64,000 bases of DNA from assembly GCA_963776245.1 (NCBI GenBank), contig CAVZLN010000009.1, positions 128,001 through 192,000 of the forward strand. The letters are read 5' to 3'. This stretch comes from Candidatus Eiseniibacteriota bacterium. GTDB lineage: Bacteria; Eisenbacteria; RBG-16-71-46. Below, one piece after another: positions 40,985 to 52,328 of this stretch (position 1 is the stretch's first letter; each line of letters opens with the position of its first letter). The notes below the pieces were generated by a model. The model searched no databases, had not been told where the DNA came from, and saw only the letters and a list, made by a program, of their open reading frames with translations. The translations under genes and the position numbers were made by a program.

Positions 40985-42546
40985 CGTCCAACGGCGGTCG
41001 GACCTTCCGCGGCGTGCGGAATGCAAGCCGGACCGAATCGGGGATGCAGGATGAGAGGCAAGACGGCCGCTTCGCGGACCACCCAGACCCACGGCAGGCC
41101 GGCGAGCGGCAGCGCGACGCACTCCTGCTCCAGCCGCTGCCGGGCCGCCGGACCATCGAGGGGAGCGGCGGGCGCGCGCGCTCCCGGCCAGATCCACGGA
41201 TCGAACTCGCGGGTGCGCCACCCGGTGCGCAGGTTCCCGACCGCGGGCCCGCGCAGCGGCATCACCAGCGCGGCCAGCGCGGCTTCGTCCCGGTCGAGCA
41301 GGGGCTGGCTCTCGGCCAGGAACAGCTGCGGCCCTCCCGACAGCGCTCGATCCAGCGCGGCGGGACCTCGCAATGGCTGGAGCTCCACGTAGATCCCGAG
41401 CCGGGACCACTCGCCCTGTAGCCGGGGCGCGACCCCGGCGCCGACCCCGTCGGCGTCGTATCCGAGCGCGACGTGGAACGAGCGCCCCAGCCGGCCGCGC
41501 TCCATCCAGCGCGCGACCTCGCCGGCATCGAACGCCGGGAACTCGAAGTGGCCCGCCCCGACCGGCCACTCCTGCACCCCGCGGCCCACCGCTCCGAGCG
41601 CCCGCAACGCCACCACGCGATTGAGCCCGTGTGCGAGCGCCGCGCGGGCCGGCAGCCGGTGCGTCGGCGGAGTGTCGGCGCGCAGCGCCAGCACCAGCGT
41701 GCGCTCCGGCCGCGCCTCGGCCTGGACGCTGCGCGTGCCGGCGGGCAGCGATTCGTCGAGCAGCGCCGGCGGGAGCGGCCACACGATATCGGCGCGTCCG
41801 AGCCGGAGCATCGCGCGCACCCGGCCCGCGCCGATCGCGAATCGCACCGCGAGCGTGTCCGGCCCCTCGCCACCTCCACCGGCGCGCACCAGCGTGAGCG
41901 CGCGGCCCGGCTGGTGCGCGAGCACCCGATACGGTCCGAGGCCGACCGCGGCGCCCCAGCCGCGCGCCGGAGCGCGCGCTCGCCAGGGCGTGCTCACCCC
42001 GGGCAGCGCCAGACGGGCGGGGAGCAGCGGGTCGGGACGCTCGAGCCGGATCACCAGGGTGCGCGGGCCCGGGGTCTCGATCCCCAGCGCCGGCGTCGGC
42101 TTGCCCGCGCGCACGCGCTCCACTCCCCGCACCGCGGCCAGCAGCCAGGATCGCGTGCCGTGGTCGGTGCGTCCGAGGCCGGCGGCGAGCGCGCGCGCGA
42201 AGTCCGCGCTGGTGCACGGCGTGCCGTCGGTGAACGCCAGCGAGTCGCGCAGGTGGAAGGTCCACGTGCGCCCGTCCGGTGTGACCTCCCAGCGTGCGGC
42301 GGCATCGGCCTCGACGCGCCCTTCACCGTCCAGCCCCGTGAGCCCGCGCGAGAGCCAGCGCTCCAGCGCCCAGCGCGTGGCGAGCGGCGGGCCGTCCGGG
42401 TCGAAACGCGGTTCGCTCGCCCCCACCACCCAGCGCACCGTCACGGCCGGCCGCACGGCGCGGCCGCAGCCGGTCAGCGCGGCGAGCAGCACGAGCAGCG
42501 CGGGGACGCCGCGACGTGCGAGGTGCATCCGTGCGATGGCAGACAT
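40981..42546 (-). CDS. ABC transporter substrate-binding lipoprotein, family 5 (divergent, orphan)
   Basis: Lipobox ALTGC; WEVTPDGRTWTFHLRDSLAFTDGTP.TSAD; VGLGPY. No permease adjacent. Confidence 0.8.
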   Translation of the reverse strand: MSAIARMHLARRGVPALLVLLAALTGCGRAVRPAVTVRWVVGASEPRFDPDGPPLATRWALERWLSRGLTGLDGEGRVEADAAARWEVTPDGRTWTFHLRDSLAFTDGTPCTSADFARALAAGLGRTDHGTRSWLLAAVRGVERVRAGKPTPALGIETPGPRTLVIRLERPDPLLPARLALPGVSTPWRARAPARGWGAAVGLGPYRVLAHQPGRALTLVRAGGGGEGPDTLAVRFAIGAGRVRAMLRLGRADIVWPLPPALLDESLPAGTRSVQAEARPERTLVLALRADTPPTHRLPARAALAHGLNRVVALRALGAVGRGVQEWPVGAGHFEFPAFDAGEVARWMERGRLGRSFHVALGYDADGVGAGVAPRLQGEWSRLGIYVELQPLRGPAALDRALSGGPQLFLAESQPLLDRDEAALAALVMPLRGPAVGNLRTGWRTREFDPWIWPGARAPAAPLDGPAARQRLEQECVALPLAGLPWVWVVREAAVLPLILHPRFGPACIPHAAEGPTAVGR

Positions 42547-42737
42547 GGAGTCGCGAGTCTAGGGAGCGCGCGGCCGCGCGGCAAGGTGGTGCGGCGGCCG
42601 TGCCGCGACGCGGCGACGGCGACGCGCTCCGGCGGTGGCGGATGCCGCGGCACGCGTGCTAGCGTGCGACACATGCTCATCGCCCGCGAGAAGCGCGTCC
42701 CTCCGCACGCCCGCACGCGCGCGGCGCGGCGGCCGCG

Positions 42738-45707
42738 ATGACCGCTCCCGCCCACCCGGTCGCGACCGGCGCGGCCGACGCCGCCCTCGAGGGTCTCAAC
42801 GACGAGCAGCGCGCGGCCGTCACCCACGGCGAGGGGCCGCTGCTCATCGTCGCCGGGGCCGGCACCGGCAAGACCGCGGTCATCACCCGCCGCATCGCGT
42901 GGCTCATCGCCACCAAGCGCGCGCGGCCCGACGAGATCCTCGCCCTCACCTTCACCGACAAGGCCGCGGCCGAGATGGAGTCGCGGGTGGACGTGCTGGT
43001 GCCCTACGGCTACGTCGGCGCCACCCTCTCGACCTTCCACGCCTTCTGCGATCGCATGGTGCGCGAACACGCGGTGGAGCTCGGGCTCACCTCCCAGCTG
43101 CACGTGGGCACGCGTGCCGACATGCTGGTGTTCCTGCGCGAGCGCCTGTTCGATCTCGGGCTGAAGCGCTACCTGCCGCTGGGCGACCCCGACCGCCATC
43201 TCGACGCGCTGCTGTCGGTGTTCGACCGCGCGCGCGACGAGGACGTCTCGCCCGAGCGGTACCAGGCGTTCGCGCAGGCGCTCGCCGGGTCGGCCGGCGG
43301 CGACGAGGACCGCGATCGCGCCGAGGCCGAGCTGGAGAAGGCGCGGGCGTACGGCGCCTACCAGCAGATGCTGGTCCGCCACGGGCGTGTGGATTTCGGC
43401 TCGCAGATCTCGCTCGCGCTGCGCCTGCTCCGCGAGCGGCCCTACCTGCGGCGCGAGTACCAGGAACGCTTCCGCTACCTGCTGGTGGACGAGTTCCAGG
43501 ACACCAATCACGTGCAGTTCGAGCTGGTGAAGCTGCTCGCGGGGGGCGCGCCCGGGGCCCGCGGGCCGCACAACCTCACCGTGGTGGGCGACGACGACCA
43601 GAGCATCTACCGCTTCCGCGGCGCCAAGGTCGAGAACCTGCTGGGCTTCCTCGACGCCTTCCCCGGCACGCGCGTGGTGCTGTTGCGCCGCAACTACCGC
43701 TCGGGGCAGCGCATCCTCGACCTCGCCCACCGCATGGTGCGCTTCAACGACCCGGCGCGGCTCGAGTGTCACGACCCCGAGCGCTTCGACAAGCGCCTGA
43801 TCGCCGCGCGCGACATCGCGGGCGAGGTGGAGCACCTGCCGGCGGCCACCGCGAGCGACGAGGTCGACCTCGTCACCGCGCGCATCGCCGACGCCATCGC
43901 GGCGGGCGAGCACGCCGCGCGCGACTTCGCCATCCTCGCGCGGACCCACGCCCATCTCGATGGCTTCGCGCTCGCGCTCCAGTCCCGCGGGGTGCGCTTC
44001 CAGCGCTCCACGCAGCGCGGGCTCTACCGGCGGCCCGAGGTCATGCTGTGCCTCAACGTGCTGCGGACCCTCACCGACCCGGATGACGGGCCCGCCGCCT
44101 ACGCGGTGCTCGGCGACCCGCTCGTGGGCATGGACGCGCTCGACCTCGCGCGCCTCGCGGCACGCTCCCGGCGCACCCACCGCGCGCTGCTGCGCGTCGC
44201 CGGCGAGGCGGCGGCCGATCCCGGGAGCGACCTCGACGCGCGCTCGCGCGACGGGGCGCGCCGCTACCTCGCGCTCCACGCCGACCTCGCCCAGCGCGCG
44301 CTGAGCCGCCCGACTTCCGAGGTGCTCTACGCCTTCGTGAGCGAGAGCGGGTTGCTGGCGCGACTCTCCGCGGCGGAGACCGCCGAGGCCGCGGAACAGG
44401 TCCAGAACCTCAACAAGCTGTTCGGCATCGTGGGCCGGGTCGGTCCGCTGCTGCGGATCGACCGGGTGCCGCACTTCATGACCCACCTCGACCTGCTGAT
44501 CGAGGCCGGGGACGACCCGGCGGTCGCCGCCACCGAGAGCGACGAGGACGCGGTGCAGTTGCTCACCGCGCACAACGCCAAGGGGCTCGAGTTCCCGGTG
44601 GTGTTCATGGTGCAGCTGGTGGAGGGGCGCTTCCCGCTCACCGCGCGGGCCAGCGCGCTCGAGCTGCCCGCCGAGCTCCACCACGGCGGCGACGCCCGCA
44701 CCGAGCACGAGCGCGAGGAGCGGCGGCTGTTCTACGTCGGCATGACGCGCGCGCGCGACCGGCTGGTGTTCACCCACGCGGAGGACTACGGCGGCAAGCG
44801 CACCCGCAAGACCAGCCGCTTCGTGGTCGAGGCGCTCGACCTGCCGAGCCCGCCCAAGGCCCGCCGGACCGCGACCGCGCTCGAGTCGATCGCGCGCTAT
44901 GCCCCGGTGGCCGAGCCGCCCGCCGTGCCGCCGGCGCCGATCCCCGACGATCAGCCGCTCGAGCTCTCGCACGGCCAGATCGACGACTGGCTCACCTGCC
45001 CGCTCAAGTACAAGTTCGCCCACGTCGTGCAGGTGCCGCTGGCGAGCGACCACCAGGTGATGTACGGCGTGGCGATGCACCACGCCATCCGGGTGTTCCA
45101 CCAGCACCGCATGAAGGGCCTGCCCATCACGGCCGACGACGTGGTGGCGGCGCTCGAGGGCGCCTGGTCGAGCGAGGGGTTCTACTCGCGCGAGCACGAG
45201 GAGCGCCGGCTCGAGGAGGGCCGGGCGGCCCTGCGGCGCTTCGTCGCGCGCGAGGAGGCCTCGCGCCGGCTGCCCCTGGCGGTCGAGCTCGACTTCCGCT
45301 TCCGCCTCGGGCGCGACCTGGTGCGCGGCCGCTGGGACCGGGTCGACGAGCGGGACGGCGGGATCGTGCTGGTGGACTACAAGACCTCCGAGGTGGACGA
45401 CCGGGAGAAGGCGACCGAGCGCGCGCAGGCGAGCCTCAAGGAGGAGCAGCTCGGTCTCTACGCGCTCGCCTACGCCGAGACCCGGCAGGTGGTGCCGAAG
45501 CGCGTGCAGCTGCACTTCGTCGGCAGTGGCATCAGCGGGGAGGCGGAGGTGGCGCCGAAGCACCTCGACCAGGCGCGCGAGCGCATCGAACGGGCCGCGG
45601 CCGGCATCCGGGCGGCCCACTTCGATCCGACGCCCGACCAGCGCAACTGCGGGTACTGTCCGTACCGGAGCTTCTGCCGGCACAGCGCCGCGCGGGGGAA
45701 TCCGTGA
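42738..45707 (+). CDS. UvrD/PcrA-family SF1 helicase fused to a PD-(D/E)XK nuclease with Fe-S cysteines
   Basis: LNDEQ Q-motif; AGAGTGKT; VDEFQD; VGDDDQSIYRFRGA; NYRS; AKGLEF; EERRLFYVGMTRAR; nuclease GRWDRVD..VDYKT, QLGLY; Cys in CPLKY and CGYCPYRSFC. Confidence 0.92.
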   Translation: MTAPAHPVATGAADAALEGLNDEQRAAVTHGEGPLLIVAGAGTGKTAVITRRIAWLIATKRARPDEILALTFTDKAAAEMESRVDVLVPYGYVGATLSTFHAFCDRMVREHAVELGLTSQLHVGTRADMLVFLRERLFDLGLKRYLPLGDPDRHLDALLSVFDRARDEDVSPERYQAFAQALAGSAGGDEDRDRAEAELEKARAYGAYQQMLVRHGRVDFGSQISLALRLLRERPYLRREYQERFRYLLVDEFQDTNHVQFELVKLLAGGAPGARGPHNLTVVGDDDQSIYRFRGAKVENLLGFLDAFPGTRVVLLRRNYRSGQRILDLAHRMVRFNDPARLECHDPERFDKRLIAARDIAGEVEHLPAATASDEVDLVTARIADAIAAGEHAARDFAILARTHAHLDGFALALQSRGVRFQRSTQRGLYRRPEVMLCLNVLRTLTDPDDGPAAYAVLGDPLVGMDALDLARLAARSRRTHRALLRVAGEAAADPGSDLDARSRDGARRYLALHADLAQRALSRPTSEVLYAFVSESGLLARLSAAETAEAAEQVQNLNKLFGIVGRVGPLLRIDRVPHFMTHLDLLIEAGDDPAVAATESDEDAVQLLTAHNAKGLEFPVVFMVQLVEGRFPLTARASALELPAELHHGGDARTEHEREERRLFYVGMTRARDRLVFTHAEDYGGKRTRKTSRFVVEALDLPSPPKARRTATALESIARYAPVAEPPAVPPAPIPDDQPLELSHGQIDDWLTCPLKYKFAHVVQVPLASDHQVMYGVAMHHAIRVFHQHRMKGLPITADDVVAALEGAWSSEGFYSREHEERRLEEGRAALRRFVAREEASRRLPLAVELDFRFRLGRDLVRGRWDRVDERDGGIVLVDYKTSEVDDREKATERAQASLKEEQLGLYALAYAETRQVVPKRVQLHFVGSGISGEAEVAPKHLDQARERIERAAAGIRAAHFDPTPDQRNCGYCPYRSFCRHSAARGNP

Positions 45708-46531
45708 ACGACCGCGATCCGCTCCTGCTGCGCGACGCCGCCGCCGCGTTCGCGCGCGAGGCCGGCGCCCTGGTGCGGCAGGGCTACGGCACCGTGCACG
45801 CACCCGAGCGCAAAGGGCGCATCGACCTGGTGACCGAGTACGACCGGCGCTCCGAGGCCCTGCTGCTCGAACGCATCACCGCGCGCTTCCCCGGCCACGC
45901 GGTGCTCGCCGAGGAGTCGGGCACACGCCCCGGGGACCCCGTCGCCGGCGGCGTGCGCTGGATCGTGGACCCGCTCGACGGCACCACGAACTTCGCGCAC
46001 AACTACCCGTTCTTCGCCGTCTCGGTGGGCGTCGAGGTGGACGGCGAGCTGGCCGCCGGAGCGGTGTTCGATCCGGTGCGCGGCGAGCTGTTCGCCGCCG
46101 CCGCGGGGCACGGCGCGACCCTCGACGGCACCCCCATCCGGGTCTCGCCGGTCGCCACGATCGAGGACGCGCTGCTGGTCACCGGATTCCCGTACGACGT
46201 GCGCGAGCACCCCGAGCGCCACCTGCCGCAGTTCCAGGCGTTCCTGGTGCGCGCCCAGGGCATCCGGCGCGACGGCTCCGCCGCCCTCAATCTCTGCTAC
46301 CTCGCGATGGGGCGCTTCGACGGCTTCTGGGAGGGCAGCCTGGCGCCGTGGGACGTGGCCGCGGGCGCGCTCATCGTGCGCGAGGCGGGCGGGCGGGTCA
46401 CCGACCCCGCGGGCGGCCCGTTCCACCTCGACGGGCGCCGCATCCTCGCCACCAACGGCCGGCTCCACGCGGCCATGATGGAGGTGCTCGCGGCGGCCGC
46501 GCCCGGCACCCCCGGAGCGCCACGCCCGTGA
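45704..46531 (+). CDS. suhB: Inositol monophosphatase family protein
   Basis: DLVTEYD; LAEES; WIVDPLDGTTNFAH; GSAALNL; WDVAAG. Confidence 0.9.
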   Translation: MNDRDPLLLRDAAAAFAREAGALVRQGYGTVHAPERKGRIDLVTEYDRRSEALLLERITARFPGHAVLAEESGTRPGDPVAGGVRWIVDPLDGTTNFAHNYPFFAVSVGVEVDGELAAGAVFDPVRGELFAAAAGHGATLDGTPIRVSPVATIEDALLVTGFPYDVREHPERHLPQFQAFLVRAQGIRRDGSAALNLCYLAMGRFDGFWEGSLAPWDVAAGALIVREAGGRVTDPAGGPFHLDGRRILATNGRLHAAMMEVLAAAAPGTPGAPRP

Positions 46532-47181
46532 GCCTGTGGAGACGCATCTTCGGGGGCCGCGGCGCCACGCTGCCCCCGCCGCGCTGGATCCCGGCCGAGG
46601 AGTCACCGTTCGGCATCGAGGTGCTCGACTGCCGCGGCCTGTCCGAGTCGGCGCGCGCCGGCACGGTCTCGCCCGAAGCCGAGGCGCGCTTCGCCGCGCT
46701 GCGGAACGACCCGGGCGAGGCGCATCGCGGCACCGTGCCCCAGCCTCCGATGACACTCGATTGCCGCCTCGAGTACCCGATGGCCTCCCCGCTCGCCGAA
46801 GGCGTGCTGTTCCGCGCCACCCGCACCGACGAGAAGTGGGACCTGTTCCACTTCGAGGACTCGCTGTTCTGCGTGCGCAGCGCGAACGGGACGCTCGAGT
46901 ACCGCGCCGCGCTGGCGTTCCCGCCCGGCCGGCTGCGCATCGCGCGGGTGAGCGCGCGCGCCGAGCTGGCGCAGGCCGAGCCCGCGTACGTCATCGCCGC
47001 GGTGGACTTCCTGGTGCGCACGCACGTGCTGGGGCTGGAGGCGGCACACCCGCTGCCGGCCGCGGCGCAGGGCTCGCCGGAGGAACTGGCGCTCCTGTCG
47101 TGGCGCCAGCACGGACACTTCGCGAGGTTCGGCGCCTACGCCGACACCAGCGCGCTGCCGCTCGAGCGTCCGGAGGAGTGA
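46528..47181 (+). CDS. Hypothetical protein
   Basis: GTG overlaps the suhB stop; globular composition (DEKWDLFHFEDSLFCVRS). Confidence 0.7.
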   Translation: MSLWRRIFGGRGATLPPPRWIPAEESPFGIEVLDCRGLSESARAGTVSPEAEARFAALRNDPGEAHRGTVPQPPMTLDCRLEYPMASPLAEGVLFRATRTDEKWDLFHFEDSLFCVRSANGTLEYRAALAFPPGRLRIARVSARAELAQAEPAYVIAAVDFLVRTHVLGLEAAHPLPAAAQGSPEELALLSWRQHGHFARFGAYADTSALPLERPEE

Positions 47182-47187
47182 GGCGGG

Positions 47188-47589
47188 CTAGGCCGCGGCG
47201 CGCGGGTGGCGCTTGCCCAGCCGGACGCGGATACGATCCACCAGATCGCGCATGTCGTAGGGCTTGGTCACGAACGCGTCGGCGCCCATGTCGCGCGCCA
47301 GCTTGCGGTCCTGTTCGCCCGAGCGCGCCGACAGGATGATGATCGGGATGGCCCGGTAGCGCTCGTCGAACTTGAGCGCGCGGCACACCTGGTAGCCGTC
47401 CATCTTGGGCAGCATCAGGTCGAGCACGATGAGGTCGGGCCGCTGGTCGCGCGCGCACCTCAGGCCCTCTTCGCCGTCGAAGGCGCTCACCACCTCGAAG
47501 CCCTCGACCTGCAGACCGAAGCGCAACACCGACACCAGGTCCACCTCGTCGTCGACGATCAGGATCTTGGCTGGATGTCCGGACATCAT
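47188..47589 (-). CDS. Single-domain response regulator
   Basis: KILIVDDE; PDLIVLDLMLPKMDG; IILSA; TKPY. Confidence 0.92.
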   Translation of the reverse strand: MMSGHPAKILIVDDEVDLVSVLRFGLQVEGFEVVSAFDGEEGLRCARDQRPDLIVLDLMLPKMDGYQVCRALKFDERYRAIPIIILSARSGEQDRKLARDMGADAFVTKPYDMRDLVDRIRVRLGKRHPRAAA

Positions 47590-47696
47590 GTCCTCGCGCG
47601 AGTAATCACGGGATCCCCACGGAGGTTATCGGTGCGCGCCCGCCGGGACATGAGCGGGAATCCGGCGACCGGGGCCCCGCGGCGCCGGGTGGCGGT

Positions 47697-49619
47697 TCAG
47701 CGACCGAGGGCCGTGGGCTCGTCCCGGGTGAACTCCGCGCGGCCCTTCGCCACCGCCCCGGACACCAGGTCGCGCACCTGGACCTCGAGCCGGTAGCGGC
47801 CCGCGGGCAGACCCTGCACCGGCACGCTCACGAACTGCCGCCGCACATCGCCCACGAACGCCTCCTCGCGGCTCGCCTCGATCGGCGCGGGCACCGGACG
47901 CGGCGCGAAGGCGCGCTGGATCCACACGCGCTCGTCGCGGGCGGCCGAGCGCACGCTGTACACGTACTCGAAGCGCGACTGCTGGTCGGCGCCCGGCTGC
48001 AGGCGGTAGGCCTCGAAGTAGGCGGTCAGCGGCTGCCCCGCCGGCACGTGGGCGCCGGGATTGGGCGCGATCCGCACCGGGGCGCCCGTCAGCAGGTCGG
48101 GGGCGCCGCACGAGATCACGATGTCGCTGAGGGCGAGCGCGCCGTCCGGGACCGGCAGGTCGACCTGCCGCCGGATCACCCCGCGCCGCGCGCCGCCGCG
48201 CACCGAGAGCCCGACGCGGTAGCGACCGGGCGGCAGGTCGGCTGCGAACTCGGCGACGCGGCGCACCGCGGGGTCGCACGCCGAGGGCGTGAGCGAGCGC
48301 TGCGCGCGTGCCCGCTCCACGCCCAGCGAGTCGAACACCGCCCACTCCGCGACCAGCGCCTCGCCGGGCGTGCCCGCGACCTCGACCTGGGCCAGCACCC
48401 GGGTCCCGCCCGGCCCCTCGAAGCGCGCCACCCTCCCGTCCACCGGTATCGGCTTCACACCCGGCGGCAGCACCGGGAACACCCCGCGTCCGCCGGCCGA
48501 GGCGAAGGCGTCGCCGTGGCGCGCCAGCGAGTCGGGATCGGGCCTCGGATCGGGGTCGTAGGCGCGCGCGATCGGCAGCAGGTAGTACTCGGACAGCATC
48601 CGGTCCTGCATCTCCACCGCCATGCCGAGCTCGGGGTACTCCCACACCAGCACGTTCATCGGCATCGCGCCGAAGGTGCCGAGGCCGGTGGTCAGCGGCG
48701 TGCCGAGCGGGTTGTACTCCGCGCGCTGCGGCGCGCCGTAGCGCACGTACACCTCGCCCCGCTCGTCCCACTCGCGGCGGCGTGCGTTGTAGTACAGGAA
48801 GTAGGCGTGCGTGACCCGCGACCAGTATTCGAGCTGAGCCTCGTTCTCGGGACTGGTGGGATCGGGGTCGTGCTCGCTCCAGAAGCGCCGCACGAACGCC
48901 GCCTGCTGGTCCGGGGCGAGCCGATGGAGGGTCACCGTGTCCTCCTCGGTCGCCACTGGCGCGATGTCGTCGAAGCGTTCGCGCGCGGTGCGCGGCAGCA
49001 GCGGGATGGCGCGGCGGAAGCCCTGCTCGGCGCGTTCCAGGCCCCCGCGCCGATAGGAGGTGTACGCCACCGCCAGTTCGCACTCGGGCCGGTCCGGCGC
49101 CGCCTCCAGCGCGCGTTCCGCGGCGGCGGCCGCCGCCCGCAGGTTCTCCTGCTCGACCAGCAGCGGGGTGAGCATGAGCCACGCCTCCGGGCTCTGCGGG
49201 CTGAGCCGCGCGGCCGCCGAGAAGTTCTGCACCGCGAGGTCGAGCGAGCGGGTCTCGAGGTACTTGAGCCAGTCGCGCCGCCAGACCTGCCCGAGCCCGA
49301 AGCGCGCGGCAGCGTCCTGAGGACTCATGCGGGCGGCCCGCTCGAAGCGCTGGCGCGCGCGCTTGAGGAACCCCGACTGGTAGTACACCCGCGCCAGCAT
49401 GAGTTCCGCGTTCGCGTCGCCGGGGCGCAGGAGCGTGGCCTGCTCGAGGCAGGCGATGGCGATGCGGCGGGTCTCGATGGTGTTGCGCCGCAGCATCTGC
49501 TCGGCGCGCGCGCACAGCGAATCGGCCTCGGCCGTCCGGCCATGCTGCGCGGCGCGCGCCGGCGGGGCGAGGACGAGGAGGAGGACAGCGGCGATGGCGA
49601 GCGGTGCCGTTGGGCGCAT
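47697..49619 (-). CDS. Secreted TPR + GWxTD-domain protein
   Basis: Signal peptide; TPR repeats; FVRRFW..DPDPTSPENE..EYWSRV..A...WDERGEVYVRYGAP; C-terminal Ig-like domains (LPPGRY, LPAGRYRLEVQVRD). Confidence 0.82.
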   Translation of the reverse strand: MRPTAPLAIAAVLLLVLAPPARAAQHGRTAEADSLCARAEQMLRRNTIETRRIAIACLEQATLLRPGDANAELMLARVYYQSGFLKRARQRFERAARMSPQDAAARFGLGQVWRRDWLKYLETRSLDLAVQNFSAAARLSPQSPEAWLMLTPLLVEQENLRAAAAAAERALEAAPDRPECELAVAYTSYRRGGLERAEQGFRRAIPLLPRTARERFDDIAPVATEEDTVTLHRLAPDQQAAFVRRFWSEHDPDPTSPENEAQLEYWSRVTHAYFLYYNARRREWDERGEVYVRYGAPQRAEYNPLGTPLTTGLGTFGAMPMNVLVWEYPELGMAVEMQDRMLSEYYLLPIARAYDPDPRPDPDSLARHGDAFASAGGRGVFPVLPPGVKPIPVDGRVARFEGPGGTRVLAQVEVAGTPGEALVAEWAVFDSLGVERARAQRSLTPSACDPAVRRVAEFAADLPPGRYRVGLSVRGGARRGVIRRQVDLPVPDGALALSDIVISCGAPDLLTGAPVRIAPNPGAHVPAGQPLTAYFEAYRLQPGADQQSRFEYVYSVRSAARDERVWIQRAFAPRPVPAPIEASREEAFVGDVRRQFVSVPVQGLPAGRYRLEVQVRDLVSGAVAKGRAEFTRDEPTALGR

Positions 49620-49747
49620 GGAGGGGTCCGGAGTGCCGGTCGGAGCGAGTATCCGGGAGCCGTGCGGTGGATTCAATCCCCAAGATCGTGGCGGCCCGCG
49701 GCGAGGCGCTTGCCGGCGCGCGCGTCGCGCTCCTACCATCGGGGTCC

Positions 49748-52235
<2,488 letters not shown>

Positions 52236-52258
52236 CCGGCTCCGGTCCGATCCCACGG

Positions 52259-52297
52259 GTGCGGGGTGGAGCCCTTCCACCCCGCACTTCGTTTCTC
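52259..52297 (+). terminator. Putative intrinsic terminator or attenuator after gdhA
   Basis: 12-bp stem gtgcggggtgga-gccct-tccaccccgcac followed by a pyrimidine tract ttcgtttctc. Confidence 0.7.
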
Positions 52298-52328
52298 TCC
52301 CTCCTGCTCGCCCGCCGGAGCTCGCGCG

